This document shows positions 1-12,154 of a DNA stretch of 64,000 nucleotides, piece after piece. The number at the start of each line of letters is the position of its first letter. Position 1 is the stretch's first letter. A program made the translations under genes and the position numbers. The notes under the pieces were generated by a model, which saw nothing but the letters and a program-made list of their open reading frames with translations, did not search any database and was not told the origin of the DNA. This stretch comes from Diadema antillarum. Taxonomy: Eukaryota. Location of the stretch: positions 62,001 through 126,000 of the forward strand of contig NW_027271135.1 in the NCBI RefSeq assembly GCF_040938485.1, read 5' to 3'.

Positions 1-1210
1 GCAGAAAACATGCGATGTAGTATTAAACGTAAAGCAAAGATCCATTGAATTTGATAGGAGAATGAAAATGTCGGTGTCTATATGTAATAATCATCAATTT
101 CTTTGAAATTCCCTGTTGCTCTTAAAGTAACATCTAGTACATGCAATGGAATGAGGATATCTGCTTCCTCGTTGTGACGGGTGACAGCTCCCATGGCATC
201 TTTGATGAACCCTTTGTTTCTTTTTTTTGTGTGTCAGATGGAATTGACTGATACGTATTTCAACTTTCAGGCTGATTATTTGGCTCAGTTTTGTGGGTTT
301 CTATCCCATGGGTATGGAAAATAAACCTTTATTAGTGAGAATGAGAAGGCCTTTAAATTAATGAGATGAAGAGTGATTGTGGAATTAGAACAATAGAACT
401 TATAACTTCCGATAGTTGTATCGTCCAGTAATGACTGGAAAATGACAGGTCTATCAAATTGTTGTACCAGTAGAAGTGTTATAAGAAGTTGGTGGTCCTC
501 TCAAGTTTAATTACTTTTGGTCCAATCTTAAACGGTGTATTTCAGTTGCAAGAGCTGAATATCTGGCCATTCTCATATTATCTCAGACAATTTTTTTTTT
601 TAGATTCTTTCAGATACAAATTCCTAGTAAAGAACATGAAAACTTCCCTTTTCATCTCTTTCTAGAATATCCTCCTCGAATGTTTCCGATATCTGATTGC
701 CAAGCACCACATTTATCAGTTTCAATGTAGTGACAATTTTTTAGATTACCCTCGTGTGATGGTGCTCTAATTGTTGAGGAATTCTGATGCATCCAAAGTG
801 CCACAGAACTGAGTTATCATGGTTATTATTGCTCCTTTGTAGTTTTAGAATCATTGGCGGTACAACAGGGAAGCATCTTGGAAGTCTTGATAATTGAGAA
901 TGACCCACACAAGGGCAGTCAGGTAAAACCTACTCATTGGCATTCCTTATTCATTCTGTGTTATTCCAGAAATACATCCAGCAATTATGAGCTCCCTGAT
1001 GAGTTGTTTTATTTTGTGGTCAACGTGTATGCAAGTTTGTGAATGGGATGCCTGGTAGGGTAACCATGACTTTTTTTTTGACATTGTGAGACTTTTCCTT
1101 GTTAGTCTCCATTCTCTCGAGGCACCATCAAGTTTTTGAAGATCACCTTTAATGGTATCAATGCTTGTTTTTGTACAAATATTTAATAATTGGGATTAAA
1201 TATAACTGTT

Positions 1211-2234
1211 AACGAGGTTCCATGACACCAAATAATAATGTTTTACCTGCATGAGAGGCAAAAACAAATCCCGCGCACGCGAACCACATACCCGCTTGGC
1301 TATTATGGGACGTGGGATGTAACGCTTACACGCTTGCCCACACTTATGGGAAGTGGTATGGGACCCCTCCCCTTCCCCCCCCCCCCCACGCAGTTTTTAC
1401 CCCTGAGGATGGCTTGATGACGTCATCGGAACCTCGTCCTTACAGTCTGAATTTAAGGCGGCCATTTTGAATTAAGATATGACTGTCTTTCTGCGTGACC
1501 TGAATGAATTCGGTCTGACTAGGACAATTTTGGCAAATTCTTCTAAGGCGCTTACCACAGTATTGTATGATTTTCTATGGCCGCCATCTTGAATTTCAAG
1601 ATGGTAGCCTATCTAATGATCCACAATTGAAAACAGCTGTACTGGAACGTTGGACACCACATACATGAGCATTACTGAAAATTTGATGCTTCTACAAGAA
1701 TTGCAACATGAGATATCCATGAAAACGCTATGGCGGCCATTTTGAATTTCAAGATGGCCGCCTATAGATTGTATCAAAACAATCAACAATATCAGAAAAT
1801 GACATATCAGAGCGTCTGACATCACCACGATGCATTTTACACCAAATTTGAAGCTTCTACAATGCTCACTGTCTGAGATATGGTTCAAAACACATTTTGC
1901 TATGGCGGCCATTTTGAAATTCAAGATGGCAGCCTACAAATTGTATCAAAACAATCGAAAATATCAGAAAAAGATATACCAGAGTATCTGACATCACAAC
2001 CATGCATTTTGCATCAAATTTGAAGCTTCTACAATGCTCACTTAGTGAGATATAGATAGAAATACAGTTTGCTATGGCGGCCATTTTGAAATTCAAAATG
2101 GCGGCTGAAGACGTGGTCGGAAAAAATGGAACCAAAGTTTTTTGGATTCAGCACCCCCAAATTGACAAAGTTAGTCCAAAATATCAATTTTGGCACGAAA
2201 ATCTCACGGGATTACATAGTAGCCTCTACTAATT
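1211..2234. mobile_element. Putative Helentron-like non-autonomous element carrying a ~172-bp tandem array
   Basis: Units 'atggcggccattttgaa(a/t)ttcaa(g/a)atgg' recur at 1577, 1730, 1902 and 2074. A short sub-terminal inverted pair lies at 1267-1275 (aatcccgcg) and 2205-2213 (cacgggatt), and a 3' hairpin tagtag-cct-ctacta at 2217-2231. The class assignment is inference. Confidence 0.4.
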
Positions 2235-2474
2235 GGATTTTCAAACATTTTGGAAAAAAGCATTGTGTGAACAACATATTTCCTTCCCCGCTTGTCTTTT
2301 GATGATGTGATGATACAGTAATTGTGTGATGAGTACCGGTACAATAAGTGCAAAGTCATCACATTCACTTTAAAACAGTGATGGGACTTGTCAGTCAGTT
2401 GTTTCATGTAGATTTTAAAGTGAATAAGTGGTGATTACGGAAACAATGAGTCCTGCACTCAAATAGTGTGTTAA

Positions 2475-2983
2475 AGGACAAGTCCACCTTCGAATACATG
2501 TGGATTGAGTGAATGCAGCAATATTTCTAGAACACATCAGTGAAAGTTGGGGGGAAATCGGACAATCCGTTCAAAAGGTTTGAATTTTTAAAGTATCTGC
2601 ACAGTCACTGCTGGATGAGAAGACTACTAGAGTGTATGATGTCACAATGTGTACAACGATATAAGGAAAAAATAAAGAGAATTTCACAAAATTTCACTTT
2701 TTGAAAGAAGTGCACATTTCCTGGACTCCTCACTGACATATATTGTGGGTAATATTATTCCCCGTGCCCCTTGCCTGAAAGAGGGAAGTCAAATGTTCTT
2801 TTATTATGCGAGAAAAGTGAAAAATAGTAGTCTTCTCATCCAGCAGTGACTAAGCAGAAAGTTCAAAAATTCATAACTTTTAGACAGATTGTCCGATTTT
2901 CCTCGAACACTATCTTGCTGATGTGTTCTAATAGTATAGCTGCGTTTACTCAATCCACATGTCTATGAAGGTGAACTTGTTCT
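2475..2983. mobile_element. Kolobok-like MITE with long TIRs (same family as 35303-35871)
   Basis: TTAA at 2471-2474, then aggacaagtccacctt...aaggtgaacttgttct followed by ttga (degenerate TSD). The long imperfect TIRs match the copy at 35303-35871. Confidence 0.75.
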
Positions 2984-3482
2984 TTGAATAATGGCGACAT
3001 ACACTGAGAGTTTAAAAACCTACAACCGGTTATCCCCTGTATTACGCCCTCATTATTGGGGGAAAGTTGAGAATGTTTATTTATTTCATTTTTTTTCCTC
3101 TACAGGATCTTAGTTCACCTAAAACCATTCTAATGCTGATTGAATTTACTTGATGAATTGAATTGAATTGAATTTTCACGTGATGTGAAAGGATCCGCCA
3201 CACCAATCTACTTTTGTTTTTAGTTTTAGAGTTCACTCATGGGCGGATAAGAGCGGATACACATGTCAAATATGTCTATAGCCACAATCTGGCGCTAATG
3301 TGAAGTAATGCACTACACTGCATGATAAACCATCAGCTTCTAAAAATATACTTGATAGCCTAAGGTACTATGGAAGGGAAGTGGACTTCGGACTTCTTAC
3401 TATCTGTAAACATATGTATCAATGTAGCATGCTTGGTCGTCTACAGCTGATGTATGGTTTGCAACTTTAGGCCAACGCTAAG

Positions 3483-4385
3483 ATGGCTGGAGTTTCTCCG
3501 TCGAGCCTCTGGCCTCGGCCGTTCTGGATACTCCTTGTTCTTGCATTTTCACCTGGACCTCTCGTTCAAGCTTCCAGGTTTTTGCTTCCCGCCACCTCCC
3601 TGGCCATCGCCAAGAGTCACTATATGGGACTAAGCACTATCACAAGAGAACTGGTACTACGAGGACATGAAGTCACTTTACTGCTCCTTGACAGGCGGGG
3701 AACGGCTGGCATGCTAGAAGGCTCTTACACCGACAACATCACTTACCCAAACTCGAAATCTGATGAGGAACTAGCCGCGGTATGGAGAGACATGACAGAT
3801 GCAATGGACAATTACTCAAGTTGGACCATATCGCAGACTGTCAAGAAGATTTCAAAATTATACGATAATCTGTACTTTGGTTGCTACGAGCTATTCCAGC
3901 ATGGGGAAACCTTGGGAAAGCTGGAGGCGAAAAAGTTCGATATGGTGCTGTCCTCTCCAGTGGCAGATGCTTGTGACACTGTGATCAGTGCTTATTTGGA
4001 TGTATCCTTAGCTGTAGTCACAGGATCCCGACGAAGTCCGTCTTTCAACGAAGACATCTTCGGCATACCCGTTCCAAGCTCGTACACCCCATACAGCCTC
4101 GCTCTTCAGCTCCCAGCCAACATGAATTTCTGGCAGCGGTTGGCAAATTTTGTGACAAGATACACCATTCATCCCGTGATTGAGTATTTCGCGATAACTC
4201 TGCCAGTCGGCAGGCTGCAGGAGATGTATGACATCAGAAGAGACCTTATTCCGAAGCAACTGCTTCAGAGGGCCGACCTCTGGTTGTGTCACACCACTTT
4301 TGCACTGGACTCTGCCCGACCCATTACGCCAAACTGGGTTCCTATAGCTGGATTTACCACCAAACCACTTAATCCTCTGCCACAG
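3483..4385 (+). CDS. UGT: UGT variable exon 1, copy A (signal peptide + aglycone-binding N-terminal domain, 301 codons)
   Basis: The ORF shows UGT N-domain motifs SHYM (catalytic His46), ELVLRGHEVT, KFDMVLS, PVPSSYTP, MNFWQRLANF and ARPITPNWVPIAG. It ends at phase-0 donor CAG|gtaccg (4385/4386). Confidence 0.93.
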
Positions 4386-6009
4386 GTACCGACATAAACT
4401 TCGCATTTTCCTATAGGTGTTCCGATCATGCCCCGAATCAAGGGTCGTTTTTTCCTATTAAAATTCCTATCTATTCACCATCACCAGGGTTACTCATTTC
4501 CCTTTTAGTGAAAATCGTTGGCTGTATGTATGATTATACATGAAATTAGGTTCATTTTTAGTTGTCAAAATTGACATCAGTGCAGCGCACCTCAACCATC
4601 CCCCAGTGACGCCACACAGGCATGAGTTCATGCACTGCTGATGACGGCTGTCCAGAACGTAACAGGTGCATTCCTTAGTCCAAAGAATGGACGGCCATTC
4701 ATGAAGTGAAAAAAAAAAAAATCTCTGACAGTTCTTCTGTCTTCTGCCTTAAACGAATGTAGAGAGCCATGCGTTCTCTCCGAAGCTGTTGAGACCATCC
4801 TGACTGCATGTTAGCGGCTGACGATCAGAGATAATCGTCTCCTTAGAGCACAAAACATATGAAAAGCCGTATAAAGATTCCAGTTTTTTTTTTATTCATC
4901 CCTTTCCAAGTAGGTCGTGACGAACAAATCTCTTTGTAAGGGTCTAGTCAGGTGCAGATAGAGGATGCTCGCGACATTCTGTAGCTGCGAACGATTTTCC
5001 TCAGTAGATTGACAGTTCTGTCAGCCGTCGCCTCTATGAGTTCGCAAATGCTGTGTGCTTTGACGAGAAAAGCGCACTGACCTCATCCGTGGAATGCCAT
5101 TTGAACAACATCTGCAGGGAATGAGAGCCCATAATTATGTTCACCATCTCCGCAATGGTGTATTCATAGAACAGAATGATGATAGGACATCTTCAATGGA
5201 TTCAGATACGAGTATGATGGGTTGACTTTGGTAATGTCTAGGCCCTTCTCGCCGTTGACTTTCCTCCACTACAACATGAGTTCCTATATAGTTTCTGCTC
5301 GGAATTCGCCATGATGACCGTATAGTTACATCGAAGATTATTAAATATACTTTCCCGACAGAAAACCCCACGATTACTATGTGTACAATAATGAAAGCAA
5401 GTTTGGCGGCATGATGCAACTTTGTCTTATATCATGTATATTGTACTTCCGTCCTCACCGACACATGCTTTATACTCCACTGTATCTGACCTGTTAGTCA
5501 CAATGCACGTTTTTTTTTTGATAAGTTCTACATAGTGGGAGGGGTGGGGCATCAATATCTAATGCTGATAGTTACTATATCGACCGTCGATGCATATGCT
5601 TGCCACGGTGAAAAGTCTTTGCCATTAGTCAACGAAGCACACATCAAGATCGGCGGTCTGCATTTCACTTATATTACTTTACCTGTACATCATTCTCCAA
5701 ACAAAGGTGGTTTTTCTTGACACCGAGTATAGATTCGTCTTCACAATCTCTTTGTAAGGAAAGTTCTTGGTAATTACCGTAAACTAAGCTCACCCTGCCT
5801 ACTTCTGCTCCATACAAGTCTCCCATCTGTATGCCGGAGATCCGAAAGTCTTTTTGTGCCCGTCGTATATAGCGAGACCTCCGGGATCTCAGCGGCACTA
5901 TAGATTCTCTGAACAAGAGGTGGGATAGCGTTATTCGTATCGCCTATAGGAGAGAGATGGCTTCGATAAAGACAGACAGTCCGTCATGGTCTTCTTGAGC
6001 CCTTCTCTA

Positions 6010-6250
6010 CTTGATTGTTTGTTTGTTTGTTTGCTTCTATCTTTTTTGTATTCCTTTTTTTTTGTATTTTCCATCTGACTTGGCTGGCTGGATAGCCCAT
6101 ATTCCGCTGCAAACAGTGTAGTTGGTCTTCCATGGGACCCAGTTGTTGTATATATAGGAGGCGGTACACGTACGTCGAAGTTATGCACCCTGTGTTCATT
6201 ACTGTGAATGGAGCGGGTTGTGGCTCTCACACACATGTGACACACATGAC
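6010..6250 (-). mobile_element. SINE/LINE 3'-tail fragment (duplicated at ~13480-13810)
   Basis: A (gttt)n tail plus 'ggctggatagccc...tggtcttccatgggacccagttg' matches the 3' end of the SINE at 45501-45860. Confidence 0.5.
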
Positions 6251-9200
6251 TTCAATCTGTGCGAGGCAGAGTCTTTTTAATGAAAAACACAGCATTGCTC
6301 AGTAAGACTCAATATGGGCTCGAACTCGCTGTATTCATTTTCGAGAACTTTTTTCTTGTCGCAGTGAAATTTTTAACATGTTGAAAAAATCTTTGGAACA
6401 AGCACTTTGCAATGATAAACGCGCTTTCGATGTTGATTACATCTGTTAACGAATTTGAATGCAACTAATAACGAACTTTGATGAAATACAAAATTCGCTG
6501 CATAACATTTTCAAACATTCGTCGCTCAGTGAGACAACCCCTTAACAGGACACGTGTTTCCTAAAGGGGGTATCTCACTGAGCAACGAATTATTGCGGCT
6601 GCACAGTGAGATACCCCCTTTACAGGACACTTTCCCTTTCTGGAAAAAAACATTTGCTCTCATAGGCTCATATACTGTGCGTATTTTGGCTGGCTCATCG
6701 AAAGACCATTCCAAGTCATACAATCATAAACGAGATACTGTATGTCTGTATTTTATGTCTGTACATGTATACACTATATGTTTGTGTTTAATGTCCTTAC
6801 TTTCACACGAGATGTACCACAACCCGTTGCAGTTAATTTGATTAGATCTATAATCAGTGACAGGGAGAGTCAGACGAGACGCAAAAATTAGATATGACTT
6901 CAAATATTTCTTTTTTTCTGTTGAATGAATGCATTAGAAATATGCGCTACAGAACCAACCAAGGCTAGTCCTCAAAAGCTAGGATGACTACATTGTAGAG
7001 ACATTCTATGAACCTATATTTTAGCGTATGATAACTGGAAGAGAAAGGAGAAAGGTGAACAAGTGATTCAGGTCAACGATGCTGTGATCTGATAGATTTT
7101 TTTTTCGATATTTCCTGCTGTTTCCTGCATACCGCTGGGAAAGTAAACTCCCCATCATGGACAATGTGCCTTTTATGCCGTATAAGGGTCAACGCCACAC
7201 CAGTGTACATCCCACATACCCCATCCCATCCCCAAATGATGAAAGGTTTCTGCACAGATGGAAAGAACGAATCCGATGACGGAAACAACCTTATATGATA
7301 GGGACATTTCCAGCAGCATAACAAGAGCAAAATCCCATGATTTTTTCTCTTGTTGTTGTTTCTTATACATTGTATAAAAAAACAGTCATGTATTGTGTGG
7401 CAGACCGGTCAGACTGGCGGTGTGTTTGCGCGTTTTGCACTTTTTTGAAAGGTGCTTTGTGAATTGATATAAATGAATAGAAAAAGGATATATTTATTTA
7501 TTTAGTTATTTATATGATGTATGCATGGTTTGTTTACACGCGAAATGTACTTATGTACTATATATTCATAGGATATCACACACAAATCTTCAACACAAAG
7601 CGAATGTGTGTTCACCCTATAGAGTGACTCATTGTACATAAAATTGACATAATGTGTATATTATGTTTACATGCACACACGCGCGATCGCATACACAGTT
7701 TATGTTTTTTTATATAATAGAATATTGATGACATAAGGCACACATGACTGGGCGTTACTTTGGATTATTAAGTTGTATTACAACATCCTCCCACTAAGTC
7801 CAAACTTTGACGTTATACGTTACAAAAACGGCCGTGTTTATAGATAAAGACGTCTGAAAACAAAATGATGAAATTTTTATGAAGGCCCTAATTTCTAGAG
7901 AGGAAATGCATGAAGGTGTATTTGAAAGCCGCAGTGATAGACGTAGTAGGTGATATTCTTATACAAATCTTCAGGTGTATTACTCGTGAGGGAACAAATC
8001 GTGATAATGTGACCTTATAGGAGGGCACACAGATCCTACAGATTTGTCTGGTTTCTCAGGTTACCCAATACCATGCTGAGAATGGGGGATCCGTGATATC
8101 ATGGGGCTGTTATTTCTCGTTACGTGTCATGGGAGAGACAAAAGGCATTTGTACATGTTTTCGTCCCCGATTTAGCCAACCACTGATCCTATAGGTCCAC
8201 TCTGAACAATGCGTCTTGAAGTGGATGCATCAGAGGCACTGGGCTGCAACTGACACAAGGAGGTGATGCCCCGCCCACATCCCTTCCACCCTCCCCCCCC
8301 CCCCCCCCCCCCCCCGCACAAACACACACATCGCACCATCCTCCCACGGGTATCCGTGGGTCTACACCCTTCTTCCATTCAAACATTCTTCGTAACTTCT
8401 GAGACGATAGGATGTAGGTCATGGTACGCGAGTACCGACCCAGTTTAATTGAGATACAGTGTATAATGTGTTTAGTGTCTACTGTATACTTCGCATGAAG
8501 TCGAGGGCTGTCACATTATGAAAACTTAACGATCTTATTCCATGTCCCAGACGGCCTAATGACTTTTATCAAAATCGAAACTCCGTTTTCCGCTTATGAT
8601 TTCTGGTTTTCTTCAAGGTGTTTTTTTTTCCTTTTCTTTTCTTTTCTTTTCACATTTATACTTGGTCCAGTTAGTTACTGTTGACGTTTTGTGAGAATTT
8701 TCGGTGTGAAAATGCATTTCATCATATTAATTGTGTTATCTCCGATGAATTAACTGAGATAATAAGGTTATCTTCTAAGGTCTTCGGATTGTCCATCTCT
8801 CTGCTTACGCTGTTCAGTGAGTCATCTTTTTTTGATATGTGGGGTTTGCAAAGTCGTGGTATAAAGGTACACTTAAATATTAACTGTGTATGATATCGCA
8901 AAGAAGACGTTCTTTTTTCTGACTGTACGTGTTGGTACGATCATTTATAAGAACAGTGATGAATGCCGTTATTGTAATTGCTTTTGTGTTGTTGTTTTGT
9001 GGATGTGTGTGTTTGTGTGTGGTATCTTATTCTTGCATTTGGTCGCTTCTCACTTACTTTGTGTTTTGTTTGCTTGCTTTTTCCAAGTGCTGTGTTTGCA
9101 AAGAGGTATTTTACCGGTGTGGATCAACGCGCGAATTCAAACGCAAATATACCACCCAAGATCCGTAAGACTTGTGATTTCATTTCGCGGCACTTCGACT

Positions 9201-9888
9201 TGACAAGTCTTGTCGTGATTTGATACACTATATTTGGTTACGAAATAACAAGATAACTTAACCACATTTTATATTGTTATGTTCTCCAATGGGGGATTAT
9301 TTTTCGCATATAGTGTCAAATAAAGCACCAAATAATTGATCAAAACTATACGTCAATAATAGATATATAGAGTACCAACTTTTTTGTATTTTATGATACG
9401 CAGAAATTTCAGGAAGACAATTACAATTCCCACTATGTACAGAATTGTGATCTGTTCCAATGATATGCCCCGTTATGTAGGCTTACTCGCCTGACAATAT
9501 TAATGTGGGAATACTCAGAAGCTCTTGTCAATTACTTTGAGGCTCAATAGGGTTTCCCGACAGTTCATGCACATGAAACCATTTTTGCACTGGTTTTATG
9601 TATACTATCACAGAGGCAATGCTAAGAAACTGTCGATAATGCAAATTATCGGACCCGTCTACCTCAATCTAGTTCTGTTTGTTCTTGAGCTCAAGGCAAT
9701 AATTGGACACAGGAACAGTGAACAGAAAGTGCGCTATCACAAATATATCGCTGGTATGATTAATGTGGATATGAATTATAATAGCGCACTCTTCCCCTCA
9801 AATACTTTGAAGTGCACTTCACATGATGAAACCATCACCTACAGAAGAAGAAAAGAAATTACAAGCACACATAGCCTCCCGTAGGCCC

Positions 9889-9894
9889 TATAAA
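9889..9894 (+). promoter_or_regulatory. Candidate TATA box of UGT exon 1B
   Basis: TATAAA lies 109 nt upstream of the ATG at 9998. The equivalent position holds TATATAA in copy C. Confidence 0.5.
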
Positions 9895-9997
9895 GGAAGT
9901 GAACTTTGAACTTATTGTTATGTGGAAACATTTTGTAGCATGCTGGATCTTCTGCACTGCCACTATCTTTCTAGTCTGCAACACAGTCAGAGCGAAG

Positions 9998-10900
9998 ATG
10001 GCTGGAGTTTCTCCGTCGAGTCTCTGGTTTCGGCCGTTCTTACTCGTTGTTTTTACATTCCTAGCACATGGACCTTTCATTCAAGCTGCCAGATTTTTGC
10101 TTCCCGCTACCTCCCTGGCCAGCACCAAGAGTCACTATATGGGACTAAGCACGATCACAAGAGAACTGGTACTACGAGGACATGAAGTCACTTTCCTGCT
10201 CCTTGACAGGCGGGGAACGGCTGGCATGCTAGAAGGCTCTTATACCGACCTCATCATCTACCCGAACTCGAAATCCGATGAGGAACTAGCCGCGATAAGG
10301 AGAGACATGACAGATACAATGGACAGTTACTCGAATTGGACCATTTCGCAGATTGTCAAGAAGATTTCGGAATTTTACGATAATCTTCACTTTGGTTGCT
10401 ACGAAGTTTTCCAGCATGAGGAAACCTTGCAAAAGCTAAAGATGAAAAAGTTTGATATGGTGCTCTCCTTTCCTGTGGTAGATGCTTGTGACGCTGTGAT
10501 CAGTGCTTACCTGGATGTATCCTTAGCTATAGTCACAGGAACCCGACGAAGTCCGACTTTCAACGAAGACGTCTTCGGCATACCCGTCCCAAGCTCGTAC
10601 ACCCCATACAGCTTCGCTCTTCAGCTCCCAGCCAACATGAACTTCCGGCAGCGGTTGGCCAATTTTGTAACACGATACACAATTCATCCCGTGATTGAGT
10701 ATTTCACTATAACTCTGCCAGTTGGCAGGCTGCAGGAGATGTATGACATCAGAAGAGACCTTAGTCCGAAGCAACTGCTTCAGAGGGCCGATCTCTGGTT
10801 GTGTCACACCACTTTTGCATTGGACTCTGCCCGACCCATTACACCAAACTGGGTTCCTATAGCGGGATATACCACCAAACCAGTTAAGCCTCTGCCACAG
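9998..10900 (+). CDS. UGT: UGT variable exon 1, copy B (301 codons)
   Basis: Same motifs and length as copy A, from MAGVSPSS to phase-0 donor CAG|gtatcg. Confidence 0.93.
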
Positions 10901-11260
10901 GTATCGAGATAAATTTCACATTTTCCTGTAGGTGTTCAGATCATGCCCCGAATCAAGGGTCATTTCTACATATAAAAATACTATCTATCCACCATCATCA
11001 CGGTTACTCATTTTCCTTGTATATGGTGGAAATCATTGGCTTTATGTATGATTATACATGAAATTAGGTTCATTTTCCGTTGTCAAAATTGACATCAGTG
11101 CAGCGCATCTCAACCATCCCCCAGTGGCGTCACACAGGCGTGAGTGCGTGCACTCTGACGGCTGGAATGCAACAGGTGCATTCCTTAGTCCAAAGAATGG
11201 GCGGCCATTCATGAAGTGAAAACAAAAAATCTCTGGCAGTTCTTCTGTCCTCTTCCTTAA

Positions 11261-11693
11261 GGCTGCGTTCACATAGAAGTATACTATTCGGGTATTCGGG
11301 GCTCGTTTTCGAGGGCACGCGAATAGCTTGAATCGAACGATAGGATTTCCTCACACCGCTTCACATAAGAGGGCACTATTCGAAAGTACCGAATAGCTGC
11401 GAAAAGTATAGCAAAGTGGGAATCGAGCTTCTTCGATTTTCTTGCAGCGTATACCGTCTCTCGTTTATGAAATAATGGCAATTTTGGTCTGGATTTGCCC
11501 TTTAGCAAAAATAAGCATGTAGACTGACATTCTGATGCAGTTTAGAAATTGTAAATAAGATTTGCTGGGATGTAGGAGGAAGAAATCCTCACTGCATGGG
11601 ATGGTGAGTTGACGGTGCGGGTGATGGTGTACTCGGTGCCCGAATAGCGAATACCGAATACCGAATACCGAATACTTCTATGTGAACGCAGCC
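11261..11693. mobile_element. PIF/Harbinger (Tourist-like) MITE
   Basis: Perfect 22-bp TIR ggctgcgttcacatagaagtat and TAA TSD (11258-11260, 11694-11696). It is absent from the paralogous site in unit A (ccttaaacg near 4747). Confidence 0.85.
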
Positions 11694-11696
11694 TAA

Positions 11697-12154
11697 AGGG
11701 ACATTTCAGACGATTTTCATAATTTCACATCATATAGTACATAAATCGACAACTCCATGCATAGATTTATGGACTTTATTGTGGTTCTTGAGCAGAGAAA
11801 CAATACTTTGAAAAACCTTAAACAAATTACACTGAGCAAAAATGATGACATAGGAGGTTCACATATTTCAGATATCAGGCAGTGTAATTCCATTATACAA
11901 TACCGCTTGCTTTCGAGTTCACCTGTGTATAATCTATGCATGCCTTCTTCTTTTGTTCTGCTTCCTTGAGCCCCAACTCATGCATTCTTATGGTGACTCT
12001 GCCATGTCACCATCCTTGTTCATTGCAATTTGTTCTAAATTTTGAAAATATTCTTATTCTTCATCTTAATTATCGACAATTCTGAAACTCTGTCCTAAGT
12101 ACAACTAATATAGTTGTTCAAATGTAAAAATCTGAAAATCATCCAGAGGTCTCT
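11697..12154. mobile_element. Kolobok-like MITE
   Basis: Imperfect TIRs agggacatttcagacgattttca / tgaaaatcatccagaggtctct. TTAA follows at 12155-12158; the left TTAA was split by the Harbinger MITE. The site is empty in unit A. Confidence 0.7.

Noticed and set aside
1-1100. Possible exons of an upstream gene (acceptor-like site at 270, donor-like site at 921; ORF 854-1042)
   Set aside because: There is no recognisable protein motif and no consistent exon chain.
6960-7330. Protein-looking snippets in the duplicated intron (e.g. WDDYIVETFYEPILLEYDSWKRK at ~15320-15405 and its A paralogue)
   Set aside because: They are short, broken by stops or frameshifts between copies and match no recognisable family. 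Possibly a decayed transposase, but unsupported.
9899-9997. N-terminal extension of ORF 9899..10912
   Set aside because: It starts at GTG just behind the TATA box. The ATG at 9920 is about at the expected TSS, and MAGVSPSS is the start common to all copies.
3483-10912. Reading exon-1 copies A and B as stand-alone truncated genes or pseudogenes (304- and 337-aa ORFs)
   Set aside because: The ORFs run only a few codons past a conserved phase-0 GT donor. There are no internal stops or frameshifts and the lengths are identical. Exon sharing explains this better, though it still needs transcript confirmation.
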